DNA of 64,000 bases from Nitrospinales bacterium (GTDB lineage Bacteria; Nitrospinota; Nitrospinia; Nitrospinales; VA-1). Of this stretch, positions 30,515 through 40,298 are shown in pieces. Each line of letters starts with the position of its first letter. The stretch's first letter is position 1. The stretch lies in contig CBDCWG010000012.1 of NCBI GenBank assembly GCA_965223345.1, forward strand, positions 1-64,000, written 5' to 3'. The notes below the pieces were generated by a model, which saw only the letters and a program-made list of their open reading frames with translations, ran no database searches and was not told where the DNA came from. A program made the translations under genes and the position numbers.

Positions 30515-30793
30515 ATGATGAACTGCATTTTAAAGAAATTCAAACTCACCTGCGAGGACACCTCGTCCATCATTTCCGAATCGATGGACCACCGGGTTCC
30601 CTTCGGCAAGCGGCTGCGTCTCAAAATCCATTTGGCCCTGTGTGAAGTTTGCATGTATTATAAGAAACAATTGGAAACCATTAGAAAACTGGCGCAAAAC
30701 CTGGCCCGGGAAGACACCCCGGCGAACGCGGGGGCTGCGCTCAGACCGGATACCAAGGAAAGACTGAAAAAAATGATCGAGGCCCGAAAATAG
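30515..30793 (+). CDS. Soluble zf-HC2 (ZAS) anti-sigma factor
   Basis: LTCE..S..IS and HLALCEVC (HxxxCxxC); no TM segment. Confidence 0.85.
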   Translation: MMNCILKKFKLTCEDTSSIISESMDHRVPFGKRLRLKIHLALCEVCMYYKKQLETIRKLAQNLAREDTPANAGAALRPDTKERLKKMIEARK

Positions 30794-30826
30794 CCTTTAT
30801 CTACTTAATTCTGAAAGGGTTGCCTC

Positions 30827-31804
30827 ATGAACGAAAGACGATCGTGTTGTGAAACAGACGAAACCAAGGAAGTTTCCAGGGAAGATGTGCGCGAGTTTTA
30901 CTCCAACGCCGCCATCTCCACGCAGGAAAGCCTGTGCTGTCCCACACAATACAATGATCAGGACCTTTCGCACATTCCGGAAGAGGTGCGCGACATCTCC
31001 TACGGATGCGGCAGCCCGGTCAACCGCGCCACCATTCAGCCCGGCGAAACCATGGTCGATCTGGGTTCCGGCGGCGGCATCGACTGTTTCATCGCCGCGA
31101 AGCTCGTGGGCGAAAAGGGACGCGTCTTCGGCATCGACATGACCGACAAGATGCTGGAAGTGGCCAGCAAAAACGCGGTGCGGGTTGCCGAAAACCTGGG
31201 TTACAACAACGTCGAATTCAAGAAAGGCTTCCTCGAAGCCATTCCGCTGGAGGACGCGACGGCGGATCTGGTGACGTCCAACTGCGTCATCAACCTTTCG
31301 GTGAACAAGAACGAGGTGTTCAAGGAAATCCACCGCATCCTCAAACCCGGCGGCCGGTTCGTGATCGCCGACATCATCTCGGAACGCCCGGTGCCCGAAG
31401 CCATGCGCAACCAGCAGGAGCTGTGGGGCGAATGCGTTTCCGGCGCGCTCACGCTCACCGAATTTCTCGATGCGGTGCGACCCAACGGATTCCACGGTTT
31501 TCTGATCCAGAAGGATTACCTGTGGAAGGAAGTCGAGGGCATCAAGTTTTACTCCTACACGATCGCCGCGCACAAAGCCCCGGCCGCCGAAGACAGCTGC
31601 TGCGGCAGTTCCTTCACGGCGACCTACGCTGGCCCCTTCGACGCCATCACGCACGAGAACACGACCTATCCCCTCGGCGTGCCGGTGGCCGTCGATACCG
31701 ACCAGGCCGAGCGGCTGCAAGCGCACCCCTATTCCGGTCAGTTCATCATCACCGACCCGGAAACCGAAACCCCGGCGGAATCCGATTCCTCCTGCTGCGG
31801 GTGA
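30827..31804 (+). CDS. ArsM-like SAM methyltransferase with Cys-pair-rich termini
   Basis: [37 protein letters not shown]; four CC pairs. Confidence 0.8.
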   Translation: MNERRSCCETDETKEVSREDVREFYSNAAISTQESLCCPTQYNDQDLSHIPEEVRDISYGCGSPVNRATIQPGETMVDLGSGGGIDCFIAAKLVGEKGRVFGIDMTDKMLEVASKNAVRVAENLGYNNVEFKKGFLEAIPLEDATADLVTSNCVINLSVNKNEVFKEIHRILKPGGRFVIADIISERPVPEAMRNQQELWGECVSGALTLTEFLDAVRPNGFHGFLIQKDYLWKEVEGIKFYSYTIAAHKAPAAEDSCCGSSFTATYAGPFDAITHENTTYPLGVPVAVDTDQAERLQAHPYSGQFIITDPETETPAESDSSCCG

Positions 31805-31837
31805 GGGAACCCGCCTTTTCCGCCGTTTGAGGGGAAC

Positions 31838-32830
31838 GTGACCCGCAACCGGTTTTTGAAGTTTCTCCTGTACTTGCTTGCCGGGCTGGCGCTGCTGCCG
31901 GCGAGGGCCCTCGCGGACATGGTGCCGCGCGTGTTCAAGACGCGCAAGCGCACGCTTCCCATCACACCCGTCGCAGAGTTCTACGTCGAGGATTACGCAG
32001 GGCCTCCGGACTCGCTCAAGCAGGGTGCGGACGCCTGGCGGCTGGAAATCAAGGGAAGAGTCGATAACCCGCTGGTACTGAGCTACAACGACATCCTCAA
32101 ACGCCCCTCCGTGAAACGTATCATCACGCTGAACTGCATCGGCAACCCGGTCGGCGGTCAGGCGATCGGCAACGCGGAGTGGGAGGGGCTCGCTCTGCGC
32201 GATCTCATCAAGGAAACGGACCCGCATTTTTTTTCCAGCACGCTGATCCTCAAAGCGGAAGACGGGTACTACGAAAGCATCCCGCTCAAAAAAGCCCGCC
32301 ACCCCGGTGCAATCCTCGCGTACAACATGAACGGCGCACCGCTGACGTTGAACCACGGCTTCCCGCTGCGCCTGCTGGTGCCGGGGCTGTACGGGATCAA
32401 GCAGATGAAATGGATCCGCGAGATCGAGGTCAGCAACAAACCGCACAAAGGCTACTGGCATAAAAAAGGCTGGTCGAAAAAAGCGCGCGTGAAAATTTAT
32501 TCGCGTTTCGACGTCCCCGAAAATGAGACCACGCTGGGTTCGCGCAAAACGGTGCTGCACGGCATCGCGTTCGCGGGCGACCGCGGCATCCAGTACGTGC
32601 AGGTCTCGATCGACGGCGAAAGAACCTGGTCGCTCGCCAAACTGCAAGCGCCGCTGTCGCTTTATTCCTGGGTGTTCTGGTCGCACGCGGTCACGTTTCC
32701 GCGGCCGGGGACCTACCGGCTGGCGGTGCGGGCGGCGGACCTGTACAGCGGCCTGCAGCAGGACGATCTCCGCGACCCCTTCCCTTCCGGCACGTCCGGA
32801 ATTCACCGCATCTCGGTGAACGTCCTCTGA
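31838..32830 (+). CDS. Sulfite-oxidase-family molybdopterin oxidoreductase, probably exported
   Basis: TLNCIGN Moco Cys, GNAEWEG, HGFPLRL.VPGLYG.K..KW; Tat-like TRNRFLK; C-terminal dimerisation domain. Confidence 0.85.
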   Translation: MTRNRFLKFLLYLLAGLALLPARALADMVPRVFKTRKRTLPITPVAEFYVEDYAGPPDSLKQGADAWRLEIKGRVDNPLVLSYNDILKRPSVKRIITLNCIGNPVGGQAIGNAEWEGLALRDLIKETDPHFFSSTLILKAEDGYYESIPLKKARHPGAILAYNMNGAPLTLNHGFPLRLLVPGLYGIKQMKWIREIEVSNKPHKGYWHKKGWSKKARVKIYSRFDVPENETTLGSRKTVLHGIAFAGDRGIQYVQVSIDGERTWSLAKLQAPLSLYSWVFWSHAVTFPRPGTYRLAVRAADLYSGLQQDDLRDPFPSGTSGIHRISVNVL

Positions 32831-32877
32831 TCCCGGCACACGGCCGGATTTGAGACCTCACATAGAGATGTCCCATG

Positions 32878-32937
32878 CTGTCATGTGAGCCTGTCGAAGC
32901 ATGATTGCGTCCCCCCTTCGACAAGCTCAGGGTGACG
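32878..32937. repeat. REP-like palindromic element (CCTGAGCTTGTCGAAG / CTTCGACAGGCTCA type)
   Basis: Inverted arms TGAGCCTGTCGAAG ... CTTCGACAAGCTCA between convergent genes. Confidence 0.65.
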
Positions 32938-33661
32938 AAGAATTCAGGCCGGTGGCGGCCGCTTGATCGAGAAACCACTCGAGGCGGCCGTCGTCGGGCC
33001 GCACGTTTGCGGCGGGATAGATGGACTGCCCCGGCGAGGCGTTGAGGATTTGCGCGACGATGCCGGCCTTGCGTTCGCCGGTGACGATGAAGCTCACGCG
33101 CTGGGCACGATCGAGCACGACGGCGGTGAGGGTGATGCGTTGCTGGCCGCTGTCGGGATGCCGCGCCACGGCGCAGACTCCGGAGGGTTCCACCTCGGGC
33201 TCGACGTTCGGGAACAGCGAAGCGGTGTGGCCGTCCTCGCCGAGGCCCAGCAGGATCCAGTCGAAGCGCGGCGTCTGTCCGTGCGGGGTTTGCAAGCTTT
33301 CCCGGATTTCGGCGGCGTAGCGGTGGGCTTCCTGTTGCGGCGCGTTCTCACCGCGGATGCGGTGCACGTTCGCCTGCGGAATGTCGATGTCTTTGAGCAG
33401 CGCCTGTTCGACCATGGCGAAATTGCTTTCGGCGTGGTCCGGGGAAACGCAGCGCTCGTCGCCCCAGTACAGGTGCACGCGGTGCCAGGGGATGGCGTCT
33501 TTGAAGGCGGGCTCGGCGAGGGTGCGGTAGACGAGCTTCGGCGTCGTGCCGCCGGCCAGCGCGATGTGAAACGGTCCGTCCCCTTGCGCCGCAGCTGCAC
33601 GCCAGGCTTCGGCGACGGCACGGGCGACCGATTGCGGGTCCGGGAAAACGCTCGTCGGCAT
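32927..33661 (-). CDS. pgl: 6-phosphogluconolactonase
   Basis: LAGGTTP, WGDERCV, SNF, LGLGEDGHTASLFP. Confidence 0.92.
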   Translation of the reverse strand: MPTSVFPDPQSVARAVAEAWRAAAAQGDGPFHIALAGGTTPKLVYRTLAEPAFKDAIPWHRVHLYWGDERCVSPDHAESNFAMVEQALLKDIDIPQANVHRIRGENAPQQEAHRYAAEIRESLQTPHGQTPRFDWILLGLGEDGHTASLFPNVEPEVEPSGVCAVARHPDSGQQRITLTAVVLDRAQRVSFIVTGERKAGIVAQILNASPGQSIYPAANVRPDDGRLEWFLDQAAATGLNSSSP

Positions 33662-33666
33662 TCGGC

Positions 33667-35205
33667 TCACAGCTCGCACACCGCGCCGTCATCGACGAGG
33701 TTTTTGCAGGGATAGCGCCACTCGATGCCGTGTTCGGCGAACAGGGCGCTGGCTTCGTGCGGTCCCCAGGTTCCGGCCGGGTAGCCGTACACTTTGAGAT
33801 CGGGAGAGGATTCCCAGGCTTTCAGGATCGGGTCGATGAAACGCCAGCAGGTTTCCACCGCGTCTTCGCGGGCGTACAGGGTCGCGTCGCCCAGCATGCA
33901 GTCCAGCAGCAGGCGTTCGTAGGCGGAGGCGACGCGGGTGTCCGACAGGTCGGAATAATGAAAATCCATGTTGACGTTCTGCACGCGGAACCCGGCGCCG
34001 GGCAGTTTGAGGGCGAATTTCAGCACGATGCCCTCGTTGGGCTGAATGCGCATGATCAACTGGTTGAGGCCCGCATGCTGGCGGCTCTCTTCCGCGAACA
34101 GAAAATGCGGCGTCGGTTTGAAATGGATCGTCACCTCGGTTACGCGCGTCGGCAAGCGCTTGCCCGCGCGGATGTAGAAAGGCACGCCGCCCCAGCGCCA
34201 GTTGTCCACGAACACCTTGAGCGCCGCGAAAGTCTCGGTGCGGGAGTCCGGCGCGATGCCTTCCTCCTCCCGGTAGGCCGGCAGGATCTTTCCGTCGATC
34301 ACCGAGGCGGTGTACTGACCGCGCACGACAAACTGGGCGACTTCATCCGGTGAGATTTTCCGCAGCGACTGCAGCACCTTGACGGTTTCATTGCGGACCG
34401 CCGTCGAATCGAGCGAGGACGGCGATTCCATGGCGACCACGCCCATCACCTGCAACAGATGGTTCTGCACCATGTCGCGCAGCGCGCCGGCGTTATCGTA
34501 GTACTGCCCCCGCCCTTCGACGCCGATGCCTTCGGCGGCGGTGATTTCCACGTGGTGGATGTAATTGCGGTTCCAGAGCGGTTCGAAAATTCCGTTCGCG
34601 AAGCGGAAAATCAGAATATTCTGCACGGTCTCCTTGCCGAGGTAGTGATCGATGCGGTAAATCTGATTTTCGCGGAACACTTCGCGCGTGGTTTTCATGA
34701 GCGCCAGCGCCGAATCCAGATCGTAGCCGAACGGTTTTTCGATGATCAGCCGCTTCCATTTTTGGGTCGCGGATTCCTCTTTTTCCAGTCCCTTGGCGCC
34801 CAGGTTCTTGATGATGGTCTCGTACGTGCTCGGGGGAACCGAAAGGTAATAGATGCAATTGCCGCCGATCTGGTATTTCGTGTCCAGGCTTTTCAGCTTG
34901 CTTTTCAACTCGCCGAAGTCCTTGACGCTGGTCGTGTCGATGGACAGGTAGTGAAACTTTTTGACGAAGGCCTTGAGTTCCTTTTCATCGACGGCGTCGC
35001 CCTCGAAAAACTCCTGCACGCTGTCGTTCATGCGGCTGCGGAACTTGGCTTCCGACAGTTTGGTGCGGCCGACGCCGAGCACCGCGAATTTTTCCGGCAG
35101 CAGGTTCTGCAAATGCAGGTCGAACAGGGAGGGAACCAGTTTGCGCTTGGTCAGGTCTCCGGAAGCGCCGAAAATGACGAGTGTGCAATTGTCCGGTTTG
35201 TCCAT
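33667..35205 (-). CDS. zwf: Glucose-6-phosphate dehydrogenase
   Basis: GASGDL, IEKPFG, RIDHYLGKE, RDMVQNH. Confidence 0.97.
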   Translation of the reverse strand: MDKPDNCTLVIFGASGDLTKRKLVPSLFDLHLQNLLPEKFAVLGVGRTKLSEAKFRSRMNDSVQEFFEGDAVDEKELKAFVKKFHYLSIDTTSVKDFGELKSKLKSLDTKYQIGGNCIYYLSVPPSTYETIIKNLGAKGLEKEESATQKWKRLIIEKPFGYDLDSALALMKTTREVFRENQIYRIDHYLGKETVQNILIFRFANGIFEPLWNRNYIHHVEITAAEGIGVEGRGQYYDNAGALRDMVQNHLLQVMGVVAMESPSSLDSTAVRNETVKVLQSLRKISPDEVAQFVVRGQYTASVIDGKILPAYREEEGIAPDSRTETFAALKVFVDNWRWGGVPFYIRAGKRLPTRVTEVTIHFKPTPHFLFAEESRQHAGLNQLIMRIQPNEGIVLKFALKLPGAGFRVQNVNMDFHYSDLSDTRVASAYERLLLDCMLGDATLYAREDAVETCWRFIDPILKAWESSPDLKVYGYPAGTWGPHEASALFAEHGIEWRYPCKNLVDDGAVCEL

Positions 35206-35206
35206 G

Positions 35207-36103
<897 letters not shown>

Positions 36104-36446
36104 CGTTGTCTCCTTCCTGCCGACGCTTCGGACATGGAACGGGGTTCGAAACGGCTGCGGTTCTGATCGTGGTCTCTGCGAGTGTTATTCGATTGGCAGA
36201 CGCTTTTCAAATTGCCAGTCACGGATTGTTTGATCGAGATCAACCCTTGAGGATGTGTTTTTGCCGGCGGACGTTTTCCCGTATCGCGGGTGAGGGGGGA
36301 TGCCTGTGGAAACAATCCGGGCCGGTTCTATTATACCTGTAACCGCGTTGTTTTTCAGAACCGTCTCGACCGGCGGAATGGCAGCCGACGCGCGCCAATT
36401 TTTTGTGGATTCCTGTTACAGGCCTTGCGGGATAAAGGCGGCGGCT

Positions 36447-37142
36447 TCAAACGTCCGCGGTGGAAGAGGCGGCTTTTTTGCCGCTGAACTTTTTGTAGAT
36501 GGTCGGGATCAGCGCAAACAGCCCGAGTAAGGTGAAGGCTCCCAGCACGCCCGGCGATGCGATGTCGGAAAGCGAGTTGATCGAAGCCAGGTTGCTGCCT
36601 GCATTGGCGTAGACGAAGCTTCCGGGCAGGATACCGAACATCGTGCCGAAAAAGTACACCGGCAGGTTGACGCGCGTCAGGCCGGATGCGAGGTTGACGA
36701 GAAAGAACGGGAACAAGGGGACCAGCCTCAGGAACAGCATGTAGTTGATGGCGTTTTTCGCGAATCCCTCGTTGAAGGGTTTGAGCCTGTCGCCGTATTT
36801 TTCCTCCACCCAGTCGCGCAGCACGAAGCGCGCCATCAGAAACGCCAGCGTCGCGCCGAGCGTCGCGCCGACGTTCACCGCCAGGGTCCCCGTCACCGCG
36901 CCGAAAATCGCGCCGCCCGCCAGGGTCATGATAGTGGCGCCCGGCAGGGAGAGCCCCGCCATGACGATGTAGATGACGATGAAGCCGCCGATCATGAGCG
37001 CTTTGTTCTTCTGGTAATACTGGTCCAGGCGGACTTTGTTTTCTTTCAGGCTCTCCAGGGTCAGGTAGCTGCCCAGATCGAAGTGAACGAACAAGCCGAT
37101 GACAACCGCAACCACGCCCAGCAGGATCCACTTTTTGTTCAT
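36447..37142 (-). CDS. TVP38/TMEM64 (DedA/VTT) membrane protein
   Basis: SLPGA..TLAGGAIFG, LRLVPLFPFFLVN, PGSFVY.NAG. Confidence 0.88.
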   Translation of the reverse strand: MNKKWILLGVVAVVIGLFVHFDLGSYLTLESLKENKVRLDQYYQKNKALMIGGFIVIYIVMAGLSLPGATIMTLAGGAIFGAVTGTLAVNVGATLGATLAFLMARFVLRDWVEEKYGDRLKPFNEGFAKNAINYMLFLRLVPLFPFFLVNLASGLTRVNLPVYFFGTMFGILPGSFVYANAGSNLASINSLSDIASPGVLGAFTLLGLFALIPTIYKKFSGKKAASSTADV

Positions 37143-38080
37143 TTGCCTTTCTCCGTGAATATTTCGGTGCCGGGGTGGAACGCGTACCACGCGAACCAGA
37201 AACCCACCACCGAAGGAAGCGGTTCTCCCTTTTCGTTCAGGATCTGCGCCGTTTTCGATGTTTTATCATAGATCACCCGCACGGCAACCCCGTCCAGATC
37301 GTCCTGCACCGTGCCTGTGGTTTTCGCCAGCTCGGAAAACGGGTAAGCCTTGACGGCGTCTCCCAGCCGGATGCCGATCACCTTTTCCTTGGGATGGTAG
37401 GCGCGGTTGACTTTCCGCACGCCAAACATCAGCCCCGCGCTTTTATAATAGCCCATGTAGGGATCGCGGTCGTAATCGCGCCGGTGCCCGGTGTCGCGCG
37501 AAAGCACGAGCGTGTCCGGATGCCGGTTGCGCCACTGCTTCCAGGTGGTGTGGGTGGACGACAGCAGCCGCAAACGGGTGCCGGTCAACTCTCCGGTCAC
37601 GGCTTCCTGTTTGATCTGCGACCACAGGCTCTCGGTCCTGTGGTCGTAGAGCAGCATGTCGCTCTGGTACAGCAGGCCGGACACCCCGAACGTCATCGGC
37701 TTGCCCGCGACCGTGCCGTCGAAAACCATACCGGTGCCGCACAAGGGACAGAACGTGACGACGACCGCCTGTTTGCCGATGCGGTCGTTCACGATTTCGT
37801 GCCAGTTCAGGATTTTGATCGGATAGGCTTTCGCGACGCCGTTGCGCACCACCCCCAGCACGCGGTCGGCATCCTTCAGCTCCCTGCCCGCTTCCTTTGC
37901 GGAGAGAAACTTCGGCTGCATGATGGCGGGGATGCCGTCTTTCTCCGGCCCGCCGCTCAGGATTTCATCCAGCGGGATGCTGTGCCTGGAAAAATCGAAT
38001 CCGGACAGCAGCAACAGGGCGGCGACGGCGAGCAGCGCCTGCGCCCGCCGCAGCTTCGAATGAAAGGGGTGCGCGTTCAT
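37139..38080 (-). CDS. DUF3179-domain exported protein
   Basis: GGP.KDGIPAI, AYP..IL.WHEIVND, FCPLCGTG, FGVSGLLY.SD, FWFAW.AFHP. Confidence 0.85.
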   Translation of the reverse strand: MNAHPFHSKLRRAQALLAVAALLLLSGFDFSRHSIPLDEILSGGPEKDGIPAIMQPKFLSAKEAGRELKDADRVLGVVRNGVAKAYPIKILNWHEIVNDRIGKQAVVVTFCPLCGTGMVFDGTVAGKPMTFGVSGLLYQSDMLLYDHRTESLWSQIKQEAVTGELTGTRLRLLSSTHTTWKQWRNRHPDTLVLSRDTGHRRDYDRDPYMGYYKSAGLMFGVRKVNRAYHPKEKVIGIRLGDAVKAYPFSELAKTTGTVQDDLDGVAVRVIYDKTSKTAQILNEKGEPLPSVVGFWFAWYAFHPGTEIFTEKGK

Positions 38081-38123
38081 ATCGAAATGTGCCCTGGAGG
38101 GTTCGGTCCGAATAGAGGGGGCG

Positions 38124-38654
38124 TTAAAGTTCGGGCTGAACCCCCAGGGCATCTGCGAAACGGTTTATATTGCAAAACAGCGAGGCCACCAACGTCGCTT
38201 CCAGCACCTGCCGTTCGCTCCATCCGGCGGCTTTCAGCGCGTTCACGTCGGCATCGGTGACCTTGTGGGCGTGCCGGGTGGTTTTCCCGGCGAACGCGAG
38301 CAGGGCTTTTTCAGAATCGGAGATGGGTGCGGTCGTGAAATCCGCAACCACGGCGTCCGCGACCTCGGGAGCCAGGCCGAACGCCTTCATGCCGTTCTGA
38401 TGTTGGCCGACGCAGTAATCGCAAAAATTCACCCGGGACACGACGGCGGCGATCATCTCCTTCACCGCGCGGGTGAGCTGGCTGTCCTCGATCATGATCG
38501 TGTGGATGAGCGAGGCGTACGCTTGCAATGCCTCGGGCCAGGCGCTCAACACCTTGAAGACGTTGGGCACGATGCCGAACTGGCTTTGCAGTTCTTCATA
38601 GACGGTCTGCACCTGGCCCTTCGCCTGTTCCTCTGAAATGTGCTGGATACGCAT
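38124..38654 (-). CDS. AhpD/carboxymuconolactone decarboxylase-family peroxidase-related protein
   Basis: EMIA.VVS..NFCDYC..QH and NRFADALG. Confidence 0.85.
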   Translation of the reverse strand: MRIQHISEEQAKGQVQTVYEELQSQFGIVPNVFKVLSAWPEALQAYASLIHTIMIEDSQLTRAVKEMIAAVVSRVNFCDYCVGQHQNGMKAFGLAPEVADAVVADFTTAPISDSEKALLAFAGKTTRHAHKVTDADVNALKAAGWSERQVLEATLVASLFCNINRFADALGVQPEL

Positions 38655-38863
38655 GGCTCTCCTTGCCGGGGCATTCAGCGGGTTTCAACACGGGATCCAC
38701 CCGTGCGTGGACCCTGCCGTGCATCGCTTTGTGTTGAGTCGCACGGCCGGGCGGCATCCTTACAGGCAAATGCGCGCGGGCGCGGATTCCGCATTATTCA
38801 AGCAAAATCGTTGAAATTCAATGGATCGCGGAGAGGCAGGCGGCGGGGAGGGAATGCCGCCGT

Positions 38864-40156
38864 TCAGCAGTTCATCTGCTGGGAGAGACCGTTGAGTTTG
38901 CCTTCGAACACCGCATGCAGCTCGCTGCGGATTTTGCGGGAATCGTATTCCACCATGGAACCGCCGCTTTTCAGGAAGGCGAGCTGTTCGTTGACTTTCA
39001 GGCAGGCGGACCGGACCTCTCCCGTCTCCTGCTGCGCGGAGAGCAGCATGAGGTCGCAGAACTTGATGCCGGCCTCGACGGACTGGGTCAGCTGCGGGTT
39101 GATGGCAAACCCCTGGGTCCTGGTGAGGTGGTCGCAGACTTCCAGCACTTTCAAAAACTTTTTCCGGGCCTCGACGTAGTTGGAGTCGAGGATGAACTGC
39201 AGGGCCTGCATCATCGCCAGTTCCTTGTTGCCGACGAAATCCGGATACGGGGGATTTTTGAAATAGCGGTTTTCCATCTCGTCCATGTAGTGAATGGCCT
39301 TGGCCCGCGACGCGCTGACCGACAGGGGTTTTCCTTCGGGGATGTCCGCATTGTTGGGGTTGATCTGCTCGGCGATGTAAAACCAGGACAGGGTCTTGAG
39401 CGCCAGCGGCCGCGAGGGCGAGCCCTTGACGATGGCCTGCTCGATGTGGTCGAGCCCCACCTGGCGCAGGTCGCGTCCGCCCTGCATGATGAAATTGCTG
39501 AACCCGCCCAGCCGGCTGTTGCCGTAGCGGTACATGCCGAGGCCGAAATGCGCGTCGATGCGCTCGGAATCCAGCTCCAGCGCCTTTTCGAGATGGTTGT
39601 CGGCCTGGTAGCCGTTGATCAGCGCCTGCAGCAGGTGACCGGCTCCGTACTCGAAGATGGCGATGTACCCCTCTGCGCCGCCGAGGAACAGGTAGGCCTG
39701 CGATTTCTGCTCCCGGGTCGCTTCGGGCGAATCCAGGATTTCTTTCGCCAGTTGCTTGGCGCGCGTGCTGTAGTGCAGGAACCGGTCGGCGATTTCATCG
39801 ATCCGGTATTTGCTGGTGAACGCCAGCGTGTGGCAGACCTCTCCCAGCAAACCGGAGTAATAAAAATTGTACTTCATCAGTTCGACGAGGTTGTCCATCG
39901 ATCTGGGCTTCGCTTCCAGCTCGTCGATGCCTTTCTGAAACGCCGCGAACCATTTGTCGAACTTGTAATACAGAGAATCGACCAGGGCCTCGTTGATGAT
40001 TTCGTCGGTGGTTTTCTGTTCGAGATTCAGAGGAACCGCCGGGGCCTGCGGCTGGCTCGCCGCACCGGCGCCGAGAAGGAAGGTGAACAGCACGCAGCAC
40101 GCGAACGCTCGTTGCGCGCGGCGGCTCAATCCAGGGATTGTGTCTGACTCGGTCAT
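38864..40156 (-). CDS. Exported alpha-helical (TPR-like) hypothetical protein
   Basis: Signal peptide; LEKALELD....DAHFGLGMY TPR-like segment; start uncertain. Confidence 0.65.
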   Translation of the reverse strand: MTESDTIPGLSRRAQRAFACCVLFTFLLGAGAASQPQAPAVPLNLEQKTTDEIINEALVDSLYYKFDKWFAAFQKGIDELEAKPRSMDNLVELMKYNFYYSGLLGEVCHTLAFTSKYRIDEIADRFLHYSTRAKQLAKEILDSPEATREQKSQAYLFLGGAEGYIAIFEYGAGHLLQALINGYQADNHLEKALELDSERIDAHFGLGMYRYGNSRLGGFSNFIMQGGRDLRQVGLDHIEQAIVKGSPSRPLALKTLSWFYIAEQINPNNADIPEGKPLSVSASRAKAIHYMDEMENRYFKNPPYPDFVGNKELAMMQALQFILDSNYVEARKKFLKVLEVCDHLTRTQGFAINPQLTQSVEAGIKFCDLMLLSAQQETGEVRSACLKVNEQLAFLKSGGSMVEYDSRKIRSELHAVFEGKLNGLSQQMNC

Positions 40157-40298
40157 GGATGCAGTCGATTCCTTCCGGTGGGTTGGAGTTTGCCGCCGGG
40201 AAGCGGGCGTGCTTGCACGTTCTTCTATTCTCTCCCCTTCGCGCGCGGGTGACAAGCCCCTTTTGCGTATGCCTGCCGTTTGCGGGAGCGGCGGGGCC

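Noticed and set aside
31790..31840. ArsM-like gene ends CCG-TGA in frame with the downstream SUOX gene, suggesting selenocysteine readthrough
   Set aside because: No convincing SECIS hairpin follows the TGA, in-frame spacing has a 1-in-3 chance, and the downstream gene has its own RBS and export signal.
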